From assembly GCA_964390955.1 (NCBI GenBank), contig CAYMKE010000002.1:1-43321 (forward strand): a stretch of 43,321 nucleotides of DNA, read 5' to 3'. The stretch comes from an uncultured Bacteroidales bacterium (lineage in GTDB: Bacteria; Bacteroidota; Bacteroidia; Bacteroidales; JBBRXJ01). The notes under the pieces were generated by a model, which saw only the letters and a list, made by a program, of their open reading frames with translations, was not told the DNA's origin and ran no database searches. The translations under genes and the position numbers were made by a program. Below are positions 25,785-34,963 of the stretch, in pieces (positions within the stretch are counted from its first letter, which is position 1; every line of letters starts with the position of its first letter).

Positions 25785-27074
25785 ATGCAACACATTGCAA
25801 TCATTGGCAACGGCATAGCCGGTACCACCATTGCCAGGTATATCCGCAAGAAAGAGAAAACAAAATACAACATCACGCTCATTTCCGATGAGACAGCCCA
25901 TTTTTATTCACGGCCTGCCTTAATGTATTTATATATGGGGCATATGAAATTTAAGAACATAAAACCATATGAAGACTGGTTTTGGGGTAAAAATGATATA
26001 AGGTTAATAAAGGCAAGAGTTAATGAGATCAACACCAATACGAAAAAGCTGATACTTGATAACGGAGCTGATATTGAATATGATAAGTTGGTGATAGCCA
26101 GTGGGTCAAAGCCAAGAAAAGCAGGATGGCCGGGACAGGATTTGAATGGAGTAGGGGGAATGTATTTTTTACAAGACGTAGACTACATGGAACAACTAAC
26201 CCCGAATATTAAACGTGCCGTAATTGTGGGCGGCGGGTTGATCGGAATTGAAATGACTGAAATGTTTCGCACCCGTCAAATTCCCGTTTCCCTTATGGTT
26301 CGTGAAAAAGGATACTGGGGAAAAGTGCTTCCATATGAAGAGTCAATGCTCATCAACAAACATATTCGGGAACATCATGTTGACCTACACCTGGAAACAG
26401 AATTAGAAGAGATTCTTGGAGATGGCAATGGTAACGTAAAAGGAGTGAGAACAAAAGAAGGAAAGGAAATCGCGTGCGAATTTGTAGGTTTGGCTATTGG
26501 AGTTGTTCCAAATATAGATTTTGTGAAATCATCAGGGATCAAAACAGATAAAGGCATCCTTGTCAATGAATATCTTGAAACCAATATTCCCGATGTATAT
26601 GCTGCAGGAGATTGTGCTCAACACCAAAACCCCTTATCATATCGAAAACCAGTTGAACAAGTATGGTATACAGCCAGGATGATGGGAGAAGTGCTTGCCG
26701 AAACCTTATGTGGAAACAAAACAGCCTACTGTCCCGGAATTTGGTTTAATTCTGCTAAATTTTTTGATATAGAATATCAAAATTATGGATGGGTATTTCC
26801 AGATATAGAAGAACACCATACTACATTCTATTGGGAACATAAACATGGGAAAAAAGCGTTGAGGTTTGTTTATGATAAAAATAACGGGGCTGTGTTTGGT
26901 ATAAACGCATTTGGAATGCGCCTCCGACATGAGGTTTGCGAACAATGGATTAAAGAAAGGGTGCCTGTTAACGTGGCCATTGAAAATTTGAACGAAGCAA
27001 GATTTGACCCGGAATATTATCAGCATCATGAACAGGAAATACAACATGCATTTAATGATTTTAAACATAAATAA
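25785..27074 (+). CDS. NAD(P)/FAD-dependent pyridine-nucleotide-disulfide-family oxidoreductase
   Basis: The track ORF starts at a TTG (25731). The ATG at 25785 gives 'MQHIAIIGNGIAGTT' (Rossmann GxGxxG). Second dinucleotide motif 'AVIVGGGLIGIEM'. 'YAAGDCAQ' is the FAD-binding motif near the C-terminal third. Confidence 0.85.
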   Translation: MQHIAIIGNGIAGTTIARYIRKKEKTKYNITLISDETAHFYSRPALMYLYMGHMKFKNIKPYEDWFWGKNDIRLIKARVNEINTNTKKLILDNGADIEYDKLVIASGSKPRKAGWPGQDLNGVGGMYFLQDVDYMEQLTPNIKRAVIVGGGLIGIEMTEMFRTRQIPVSLMVREKGYWGKVLPYEESMLINKHIREHHVDLHLETELEEILGDGNGNVKGVRTKEGKEIACEFVGLAIGVVPNIDFVKSSGIKTDKGILVNEYLETNIPDVYAAGDCAQHQNPLSYRKPVEQVWYTARMMGEVLAETLCGNKTAYCPGIWFNSAKFFDIEYQNYGWVFPDIEEHHTTFYWEHKHGKKALRFVYDKNNGAVFGINAFGMRLRHEVCEQWIKERVPVNVAIENLNEARFDPEYYQHHEQEIQHAFNDFKHK

Positions 27075-27209
27075 AGAATAAACTGTATAAATACAAATTA
27101 TATAAACCATTGCTACTCGTCAGACATACTGACTTTCTTTTGCACCCTTGAAACCCGGGTGAAATTATAATAAAATGTCACATTAATTTAACAGATTTAA
27201 AATTTTCGA

Positions 27210-28784
27210 ATGAAACAGACTAAAACAACAGGAATCATTTTATTTTTAGTGGGAATGGCTGTGCTCATTGCAACTCTGGGAATAAATAATTATAAACTAA
27301 CAGGAGATTCTTTGGATAAAGCAGTTTCACAAAAACAACATATCAAGTTACTATCTCCTGTTTTGGATGATATAAAGGATAAAGAATTTACATCTAAAAT
27401 AAAATTTATTCATGCATTCAATAAGCGATTCAAACAATTAAATGAACAATTTAAAAAAAATCAGGAATGGGATAAAGTAATATGGAAAGATTATACATTC
27501 CCTGTTGTTAAACATTCAAGTACAGGGCTACTTTTAAATAACAATTGGTGGTTTTTTATTTTTAGTTTTGGCTTGGTAATTCTCGGGGCATTCATGTATA
27601 TCCTGCCCAAACGATGGGAGTCACCCGCTGGCATTAAAAATGACCATATCTTTTTTAATCCCCTTTTATCAAGAGGTTTTATTGGAATTGTACTCGGATT
27701 CGTGCTCATCGGGTTTTACATTTTTCTTTATTGGTACCCCGAATACATTGTGAACTGGACGATTATGCTCGACCCGTTAAGCAAAATGATTAGCGGGAAT
27801 CCCGCCAGCCAATGGTTTTTTTATGGATTCATTTATACACTTGCCATTTTGATCATGGGCATCAGGATGCTGATCAACTACAGGCATAACCGTTATCAAA
27901 TGCTCAGAACCGGTTCCGTTATGTTTTTTCAGTTGTCTTTTGCATTCCTCATTCCCAATATTTTGGTTGCCTTGAATCAACCTTATCAAGACCTGAAAAA
28001 CGCCTGGCCATTGGATTACGATTTCTTTTTCGGGTGGCATTTAGATCAACTTGTTGCCAGTGGAACATTCGGGATTTTTATCTTAGTCTGGGGTATTGTC
28101 CTGGCTATCGTTGCTGTACCCGTATTAGCTTTCTTTTTAGGAAAACGCTGGTACTGCTCATGGGTTTGCGGTTGCGGAGGGCTGGCAGAAACCCTGGGCG
28201 ACCCGTTCAGGCATTTGTCAGACAAATCTTTGCGCGCTTGGCAGGTAGAACGGTGGATGGTGCATTCTGTACTGGTTATTATTGTCATAGTTACCGGTGT
28301 AACGTTGGTTAATTTTTTTACAGAAGGAAATATGTTTGGGAAATTAACCAACAACCTTCAAAAATGGTATGGATTCTTTATCGGTGCAATATTTTCAGGA
28401 GTCATTGGTGTTGGGTTCTATCCTTGGATGGGAAACAGGGTGTGGTGCCGATTTGCGTGCCCCCTTGCTGCACACCTGGGGCTTGTTCAGCGCTTTAAAT
28501 CAAAATTCCGAATCACAACCAATGGAGGACAATGCATGAGTTGTGGAAATTGTTCAACCTATTGTGAAATGGGGATTGATGTGAGATGGTATGCACAACG
28601 TGGACAGAACATAATCCGTGCATCATGTGTAGGATGTGGTATTTGTGCGGCAGTATGCCCACGGGGTGTACTACGACTGGAAAATAAACAAGTAAAAGGC
28701 CGGTTTGGGATTAAACGAGTCATGCCCGGCAATGACAGTTTTAAAGAACATACATTTCATGAATGCAAGCATTCAGAGCAATAA
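27210..28784 (+). CDS. polytopic membrane iron-sulfur protein (NapH/MauN/CcoG-like polyferredoxin)
   Basis: 524 aa with multiple TM segments. Two CxxxCP-like motifs, 'CSWVCGCGG' and 'CRFACPLAA'. Two 4Fe-4S ferredoxin motifs, 'CMSCGNCSTYCEMG' and 'CVGCGICAAVCPRG'. Confidence 0.8.
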   Translation: MKQTKTTGIILFLVGMAVLIATLGINNYKLTGDSLDKAVSQKQHIKLLSPVLDDIKDKEFTSKIKFIHAFNKRFKQLNEQFKKNQEWDKVIWKDYTFPVVKHSSTGLLLNNNWWFFIFSFGLVILGAFMYILPKRWESPAGIKNDHIFFNPLLSRGFIGIVLGFVLIGFYIFLYWYPEYIVNWTIMLDPLSKMISGNPASQWFFYGFIYTLAILIMGIRMLINYRHNRYQMLRTGSVMFFQLSFAFLIPNILVALNQPYQDLKNAWPLDYDFFFGWHLDQLVASGTFGIFILVWGIVLAIVAVPVLAFFLGKRWYCSWVCGCGGLAETLGDPFRHLSDKSLRAWQVERWMVHSVLVIIVIVTGVTLVNFFTEGNMFGKLTNNLQKWYGFFIGAIFSGVIGVGFYPWMGNRVWCRFACPLAAHLGLVQRFKSKFRITTNGGQCMSCGNCSTYCEMGIDVRWYAQRGQNIIRASCVGCGICAAVCPRGVLRLENKQVKGRFGIKRVMPGNDSFKEHTFHECKHSEQ

Positions 28785-28806
28785 AATAGTGATAGATCCA
28801 ACAAAT

Positions 28807-29493
28807 ATGCATAAAGTTACTGTTATCATACCTGCTTTTAATGAAGAACATTCCATTGGGAACGTGCTGAATGATATACCAGGGGATTTGGTTCATGAAG
28901 TTATTGTAGTAGATAATAACTCGACGGACAAAACAACTGAGGAAGCCAAAAAAGCCGGGGCAACAGTACTATCAGAACCCAAACAAGGTTATGGATATGC
29001 ATGTTTAAAAGGCATACATTACGTGCAGTCAAATACTATTAAACCGGATATAATCGTATTTATGGATGCCGATTACTCGGATTATCCCGGTGAATTAGTG
29101 AACGTCATTCAGCCTATCATTAAAGATGATTATGATTTTGTAGTCGGTTCCCGTGCATTAGGAAAAAAAGAAAAAGGTGCCATGATGCCTCAACAAATAT
29201 TTGGGAATTGGCTTGCTACCCGCCTTATGAAAATTTTGTATGATGGAAAATTTACAGACTTAGGGCCGTTCAGGGCCATTAAGTTTGATAAATTATTACA
29301 TTTGCACATGCAGGATAAAACATACGGATGGACAATTGAAATGCAATTAAAAGCAATTAAACACAATCTAACATATTGTGAAGTCCCTGTAAATTACAAA
29401 AAACGAATTGGCAAATCGAAAGTAACGGGTACGTTAAAAGGCTCTGTTTTGGCAGGGATAAAAATATTATATTCGCTTTATAAATACAGATAA
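28807..29493 (+). CDS. family 2 glycosyltransferase, polyprenyl-phosphate sugar synthase (DPM1/ArnC)-like
   Basis: The track ORF begins at a TTG (28705) overlapping the previous gene. The ATG at 28807 gives 'MHKVTVIIPAFNEE'. Also present: 'VIVVDNNSTD', 'FMDADYSD' and a C-terminal amphipathic/TM tail. Confidence 0.85.
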   Translation: MHKVTVIIPAFNEEHSIGNVLNDIPGDLVHEVIVVDNNSTDKTTEEAKKAGATVLSEPKQGYGYACLKGIHYVQSNTIKPDIIVFMDADYSDYPGELVNVIQPIIKDDYDFVVGSRALGKKEKGAMMPQQIFGNWLATRLMKILYDGKFTDLGPFRAIKFDKLLHLHMQDKTYGWTIEMQLKAIKHNLTYCEVPVNYKKRIGKSKVTGTLKGSVLAGIKILYSLYKYR

Positions 29494-29495
29494 AA

Positions 29496-30986
29496 ATGGC
29501 CTGGATAATAATCATGTTGTATGGAGCCGCGTTGGGAATAATCCTTTTTTACGGGTTGTTTCAGTTTACATTGATCAGTCATGCGCGAAAATACAAACGT
29601 AAATCAGAAACCACACAGCATCCTGTATTAAATATTGAACAACCTCAAAATGTCCCTTTTGTTACAGTACAGTTACCGGTATATAATGAATATTATGTTG
29701 TGGAACGGTTGATCGATGCTGTAGCATCTCTTCACTATCCTAAAGAAAGACTGGAAATACAAGTGCTTGACGACAGCACGGATGATACATATGATATCAT
29801 TAAGCGTAAAGTAAAGGAAATACAGCAGTCTGAAATAAATATAAAACACCTTTATCGAAATGACCGGATAGGATACAAGGCAGGCGCTTTGCAATATGGA
29901 TTAAATCAAGCAGAAGGAGAATTTATTGCCATTTTTGATGCAGATTTTGTTCCTGAACCGGATTTTCTTATTAATACTCTTCCACAATTTGATAATGAAC
30001 AGGTTGGGATGGTACAAACCCGCTGGGGGCATATAAACGAAAATTATTCATTGCTCACCCGCATGCAGGCTTTTGGACTCAATGCGCATTTTAAAATTGA
30101 ACAGACCGGCAGGTATCACGGTGGAAGATTTCTTAATTTTAACGGGACAGGAGGGGTCTGGCGTAAATCGTGCATAGAAGATGCCGGCGGTTGGCAGCAT
30201 GATACAATCGCCGAAGACCTTGACCTGAGCTACCGGGCACAACTTAAAGGATGGAAATTTGTGTATTTGGATCATGTAGAGGCTCCTGCCGAATTGCCTG
30301 TGGTAATAAGTGGATTAAAAAGCCAGCAATTCAGGTGGACCAAAGGAGGAGCTGAAAATTTTAGGAAACTGTCTTCTAAAATAATTTCTGCCAAAGAATT
30401 TTCACTTAAAACCAGACTGTTTGCTTTGTCTCATTTAATGAATAATTCCTTGTTTATAATGATTTTTTTAGCCGGATTCCTCAGTGTTCCAGCGTTATTT
30501 ATAAAAAACATACATACACATTATAAGATCATTTTTAATATGGGGACGGTGTTTTTGTTCGCTACATTGATTTTTTCGTGGTTTTATTGGAATGCGTATC
30601 AATATACCAAAAAGAAAAAAATATTTAAACCTTTAGCTTTTATTTACGATTTTATTTTATTCTTATCCTTTTCTATGGGCCTTTCACTTCATAATACTGT
30701 TGCTGTGATTGAAGGATATACTGGCAGAAAATCGTCCTTTATCCGTACCCCTAAGTATAATATTAGCTCAGGTAAACAAAACAAGACTATCACCCGGTAT
30801 CTAACCCCAAAAATTAACTGGACAACATGGGCTGAAGGCATATTAACATTTTATTTTTTAGCAGGAATTATTACAGGTATAAGGTTAAACGACTTTGCAT
30901 TATTTCCTTTCCATACTATGTTTGCTTTCGGATTTGGGATGATTTTTTACTATTCTATAGAACAGGTTTGGCGAAAAACGATATAA
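29496..30986 (+). CDS. membrane-embedded processive family 2 beta-glycosyltransferase (cellulose-synthase/CslA-like)
   Basis: 496 aa, starting 2 nt after the previous stop. It has an N-terminal TM segment. Motifs: 'QLPVYNE', 'QVLDDSTD', 'IFDADFVP', 'QTRWGH', 'EDLDLSYR' and 'QQFRWTKG' (the D,D,D,QxxRW signature). Several C-terminal TM helices. Confidence 0.87.
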   Translation: MAWIIIMLYGAALGIILFYGLFQFTLISHARKYKRKSETTQHPVLNIEQPQNVPFVTVQLPVYNEYYVVERLIDAVASLHYPKERLEIQVLDDSTDDTYDIIKRKVKEIQQSEINIKHLYRNDRIGYKAGALQYGLNQAEGEFIAIFDADFVPEPDFLINTLPQFDNEQVGMVQTRWGHINENYSLLTRMQAFGLNAHFKIEQTGRYHGGRFLNFNGTGGVWRKSCIEDAGGWQHDTIAEDLDLSYRAQLKGWKFVYLDHVEAPAELPVVISGLKSQQFRWTKGGAENFRKLSSKIISAKEFSLKTRLFALSHLMNNSLFIMIFLAGFLSVPALFIKNIHTHYKIIFNMGTVFLFATLIFSWFYWNAYQYTKKKKIFKPLAFIYDFILFLSFSMGLSLHNTVAVIEGYTGRKSSFIRTPKYNISSGKQNKTITRYLTPKINWTTWAEGILTFYFLAGIITGIRLNDFALFPFHTMFAFGFGMIFYYSIEQVWRKTI

Positions 30987-31619
30987 GTTATATCAATAAT
31001 TGAAAGAAAAGATGGTACTACTGCAATTATTGTGGAAAAAGTAATATTAGAATACAGAAGTCAGAAAAATCATTGAAGCTTATAATAAAACTATTCTGAA
31101 TTCCGGATACTCAGAATCAACTTCCACTAAAATGGTAGTATAACCGATTTTGATATATTTTTGGATGAAGGCCCTGACTATTTTAACCCGGAGGAAACGC
31201 CCCTGGAAAACAGGTAGGGATACCGGTGTTACGCCACATTGGAACACCGCCATCCTGGCGGTAATAACAAAGCCGGCAAGATGCCGGCGGTACAGGGAAC
31301 CCCACCGTAAACTATATAACATTTTTCTGCTATCGTACCCGATATCTTCCGCCAGTAAGCAATAGTTCTGAAGAAATTACTTTGGTTGCTATATGTTTAA
31401 GATTCTTTTTGGTTCTCTTTTCTATTTCATTATCAATAGTAATTGCATCATAATTTTCAACCTTATCATATGTTAATCCAACAGCATTCTCTACTAATTT
31501 TCGCTAAACTTTATTTAATATATGTGTCATAAGCTGCTAAAATTTAAGGACATATATTTATATATTACAAATATAAAAAATAATTTACTTTTTCAAAACA
31601 AAAATTAATTACTTAATCT

Positions 31620-31627
31620 TATTTTTG
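31620..31627 (+). promoter_or_regulatory. candidate -7 box (TATTTTTG) for the GT-C-like membrane protein gene
   Basis: Matches TAnnTTTG, 35 nt upstream of the GTG at 31663. Confidence 0.35.
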
Positions 31628-31662
31628 GATAATATCTGAATTATTTGTAAAAAAATAAACAA

Positions 31663-32985
31663 GTGAAAAATCACCACCAATATATATTTATTTTTGTTAT
31701 CATCATTTCAATCCTCTTATATTTATACATAGGATATTGGATTGATCGTTCTGAATTTATTCATTTATTATTGCTTGATACCATCTTATTTCTCTGTTTT
31801 TTTTATTTTTTTAAGTATTTTCAAAAAAGATTTCATTTTCTTCATATTTTAGGATTAGGCGTTTTTTTCAGAGTTCTTTTTTTGTATTCTACTCCGGAAT
31901 TATCAAATGATTTTTACCGGTTTTTATGGGATGGGCACCTGATGCGTATCGGGATTAATCCATTCTTGCATACCCCTTCTCAGATTTTCGATACAATCAC
32001 GTTTCCCCTTGCAGATTCACTGTATGAGGGAATGGGAAGTTTGTCACAAAGCAATTATACATGCTATCCGCCGCTGCACCAATTCTTTTTTCTTTTGGCT
32101 GCCTGGGTATCTCCTTTTAGTATCAATGGGAGCCTGATTTTTTTACATGTTATCATGATATTGGCTTCAGTAGGGAATACTTTTCTGATTTATAAATTGC
32201 TTAAAAAATGGAATATAGCTCGATCTAACCTGGTGTTATTTGCACTGAACCCTTTTATCATCATTGAATTAACAGGCAATTTACATTTTGAAGGAATCAT
32301 GATCTTTTTCATAGTATATAGTTTGTATTTGCTTGTAAAAAACAAATATTTTTTAGCTGCTGTTATGTTCGGCCTTGCCATATCCATAAAGCTGGTCCCA
32401 TTAATATTGATTCCGTTAATAATTCATAAACTGAAGATTAAAAAAGGCATGGTGTTTTCTGTTGTATCCGGAGTTACATTCATCATTCTATTCCTGCCCT
32501 TTTTCAACCACGGGATGATCAATCATTTTTTCACCAGCCTGGAATTATATTTTCAATCATTTGAATTCAATGCAAGTCTTTATTATATCATTCGAAGCAT
32601 AGGTTATGCCATTACAGGGCACAATATCATCCGGACAGCCGGCCTTGTTCTTGCTGCCGCATCATTTTTAACGATCCTTCTAATTGCTTTTAAATCCAAT
32701 ACAACACAGTGGAAACAGGTCATCCAGGCTATGATGTTTACAATGACAGTCTTTTATATATTTTCAACCACTGTTCATCCCTGGTATATTGCGCCTATTG
32801 TCGTTTTATCTGTTTTTACTCCATACCGGTTTGTTATTGTGTGGAGTTTTTTGATCATCCTTTCTTACATAGCATATTCCAATCCCGGGTTTAAAGAAAA
32901 TATTTGGTTGATAGGATTTGAATATGTTACTGTTTTAATCACGTTCTTTGTAGAATACAAAAATCGTCTTAAAAGAGTCTGTTAA
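31663..32985 (+). CDS. polytopic membrane protein, GT-C-fold glycosyltransferase-like (DUF2029/PIG-M-like), tentative
   Basis: 440 aa with a GTG start and no nearby in-frame ATG. At least 10 hydrophobic segments. The first-loop motif 'SNDFYRFLWDGHLMRIGINPF' resembles the D-x-x-[RY]-...-G-x-[NS]-P-[YF] loop of PIG-M/GT87-type mannosyltransferases. Confidence 0.5.
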   Translation: MKNHHQYIFIFVIIISILLYLYIGYWIDRSEFIHLLLLDTILFLCFFYFFKYFQKRFHFLHILGLGVFFRVLFLYSTPELSNDFYRFLWDGHLMRIGINPFLHTPSQIFDTITFPLADSLYEGMGSLSQSNYTCYPPLHQFFFLLAAWVSPFSINGSLIFLHVIMILASVGNTFLIYKLLKKWNIARSNLVLFALNPFIIIELTGNLHFEGIMIFFIVYSLYLLVKNKYFLAAVMFGLAISIKLVPLILIPLIIHKLKIKKGMVFSVVSGVTFIILFLPFFNHGMINHFFTSLELYFQSFEFNASLYYIIRSIGYAITGHNIIRTAGLVLAAASFLTILLIAFKSNTTQWKQVIQAMMFTMTVFYIFSTTVHPWYIAPIVVLSVFTPYRFVIVWSFLIILSYIAYSNPGFKENIWLIGFEYVTVLITFFVEYKNRLKRVC

Positions 32986-33023
32986 TCAATCCTTGTATCT
33001 ATGAGTGTGTTATAACTTTTTCA

Positions 33024-33719
33024 TCAAAATTGATTATTATGATTATTATTTTGAACAAAGACACTTAAAAATTCTTTTTGTACAAAATGTATAATTTCAG
33101 GTATTTCAATTTTTTCCCCTAATTCTTTTTCCATCGAGGTAACCGATTTATCTGTAAAACCACATGGATTAATGTAATTGAAATAATTTAGATCTGTGTT
33201 TATATTAAAAGCAAATCCATGCATGGTAATGCTTCTGCTGGCTCTTACGCCGATAGCACATATTTTTCTGGCTTTATCAGGCGATTGTGTGTCAAGCCAT
33301 ACTCCGGTTGCGCCTTGCATTCGTTCCCCATGTATGTTATAGTTTTTTAAAACATTAATAATGACTTCTTCCAGATTTTCGATGTACTTCTTAATAGACA
33401 AGTTGAAATTTTCAAGGTCAATAATTGGATAACCAACAAGTTGGCCAGGCCCATGATATGTGATATCACCGCCCCTGTTGATTTTATAATAATGTGCATT
33501 TATTTTTTTTAAAAAATCATCATTGATCAAGAGATTATTTCTGTCACCGCTTTTCCCCAGGGTATATACATGAGGGTGCTCACATAATATGAAATAATTA
33601 GGAGTAGGTTGGTTGTTTAATTTAAGGTTGAGTATACGGTTAAATAATTCTTCCTGATAATCCCAGCATTCTTTAAAATCAATTAATTCAATCTCTTTAA
33701 AAATGATATTATTCGACAT
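33024..33719 (-). CDS. lipB: lipoyl(octanoyl) transferase
   Basis: 231 aa. 'HPHVYTLGKSG', 'INRGGDITYHGPGQLVGYPI' and 'KICAIGVRASRSITMHGFAFN' (catalytic K/C region) are present. Confidence 0.92.
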   Translation of the reverse strand: MSNNIIFKEIELIDFKECWDYQEELFNRILNLKLNNQPTPNYFILCEHPHVYTLGKSGDRNNLLINDDFLKKINAHYYKINRGGDITYHGPGQLVGYPIIDLENFNLSIKKYIENLEEVIINVLKNYNIHGERMQGATGVWLDTQSPDKARKICAIGVRASRSITMHGFAFNINTDLNYFNYINPCGFTDKSVTSMEKELGEKIEIPEIIHFVQKEFLSVFVQNNNHNNQF

Positions 33720-33724
33720 GATAT

Positions 33725-34594
33725 TTATTTATCTATATGAATATGTTTTTCCGCGTGGTAAGATGAGCGTACCAGGGGAGCGCTTTCAACAAATGAAAAT
33801 CCTTTTTTTAAACCTGTTTCTTTGTATGCATTGAATTGTTCGGGTGGTACAAATCTTTGTACTTCAATGTTTTTTTTAGATGGCTGAAGATATTGGCCAA
33901 TAGTGAATACATTGCATCCTGCTTTTAGCGAATCATCCATTGTATGGTAAACTTCGTCATCTGATTCCCCCAATCCCACCATGATCCCTGTTTTTGTAAT
34001 AATACCGGAATTACTGATCTGCTTCAAAACATCCAGGCTCCTTAGATATTGGGCTTTTGAACGAATTTCAGGTGTAAGCCGCTCAACGGTTTCAAGGTTA
34101 TGTGAAATCACTTCGGGGTTCTCTGCAATAATTTTTTCAATAAAACGCTCTTTCCCGTTAAAATCGGGGATCAATACTTCCATTGTAATATCCGGGTTTA
34201 CAGATTTAACCGTATGGATGGTTTCTGCCCAAAACCCGGCTCCGAAGTCATCCAGGTCATCCCGGTCAACCGAGGTGATGACACAGTGTTGTATGTTCAT
34301 TAACCTGATTGACCCGGCCAGGCGCTGTGGTTCTTGCTGGTCAGGTGAATTTGGTTTGCCGCTCTGTACACCACAGTATTTACAAGAACGGGTACAAATG
34401 TCACCGAGTATCATGAAGGTGGCTGTCCCATTTCCCCAGCATTCACCAATGTTAGGACATGTTCCGCTTGTACATATGGTATGCAGCTGATGTTGGTTGA
34501 CAATATTTTTCGTGTTGGAATATTTTTCCCCTTTTGGAAGTTTTACTTTCATCCATCGTGGCAAATGAGGTTTTTTGTGATTTTTACATCCCAT
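33725..34594 (-). CDS. lipA: lipoyl synthase (radical SAM)
   Basis: 289 aa. N-terminal cluster motif 'CTSGTCPNIGECW'. Radical SAM motif 'CTRSCKYCGV'. 'VITSVDRDDL' and 'SYHA' near the C-terminus. Located 5 nt upstream of lipB. Confidence 0.95.
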   Translation of the reverse strand: MGCKNHKKPHLPRWMKVKLPKGEKYSNTKNIVNQHQLHTICTSGTCPNIGECWGNGTATFMILGDICTRSCKYCGVQSGKPNSPDQQEPQRLAGSIRLMNIQHCVITSVDRDDLDDFGAGFWAETIHTVKSVNPDITMEVLIPDFNGKERFIEKIIAENPEVISHNLETVERLTPEIRSKAQYLRSLDVLKQISNSGIITKTGIMVGLGESDDEVYHTMDDSLKAGCNVFTIGQYLQPSKKNIEVQRFVPPEQFNAYKETGLKKGFSFVESAPLVRSSYHAEKHIHIDK

Positions 34595-34746
34595 ATATCT
34601 TTGTTGGTTTTAATTTAAACCGAAATTTTATAGGTTTTACGATAAAATTCTTTTTTAAAATGCAAGTTTACAGAAAATTTAAATACAGAAAAATCTGTAA
34701 ATGGAAAATATTTAACATAGTGATTTTGTTTTACATAAAAATTCAA

Positions 34747-34754
34747 TATTTTTG
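34747..34754 (+). promoter_or_regulatory. candidate -7 box (TATTTTTG) for tRNA-Leu
   Basis: Matches TAnnTTTG, 23 nt upstream of tRNA position 1 (34778). Confidence 0.4.
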
Positions 34755-34777
34755 CATCATCTTTTAGAGACATTTAT

Positions 34778-34861
34778 GCGGACGTGGCGGAATTGGCAGA
34801 CGCGCTAGACTTAGAATCTAGTGCCTTCACCGGCATGAGGGTTCGAGTCCCTCCGTCCGCA
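34778..34861 (+). tRNA. tRNA-Leu (anticodon UAG)
   Basis: Acceptor stem GCGGACG/CGTCCGC with discriminator A. Anticodon stem CTAGA/TCTAG with loop C-T-TAG-A-A. Long variable arm (TGCC-ttcacc-GGCA). T arm GAGGG-TTCGAGT-CCCTC. No CCA is encoded. Confidence 0.93.
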
Positions 34862-34963
34862 CTACTTTTTGTTTTCAAAGAAAAAAGGATAGAACGAACA
34901 AACGCATCAACCCCTTTTTATTAATTTTTAAAAATTTATCATACAGATTAAAAAATAAAGCGA

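Noticed and set aside
31190-31198. 'GGAGGAAAC', resembling the 'GAGGAAAGTCC' P4 region of RNase P RNA
   Set aside because: The GC-rich island is only ~140 nt. It lacks the remaining conserved RNase P regions (no 'AGTCCGG', no second P4 strand 'ACAGAA'-type segment) and the required length.
31080-31365. ORFs 31080-31322 (minus, 80 aa) and 31150-31365 (plus, 71 aa)
   Set aside because: Both are driven by the GC-rich island. They are Arg/Pro/Gly/Cys-rich, lack start context and overlap each other. They are more likely non-coding or part of a decayed gene.
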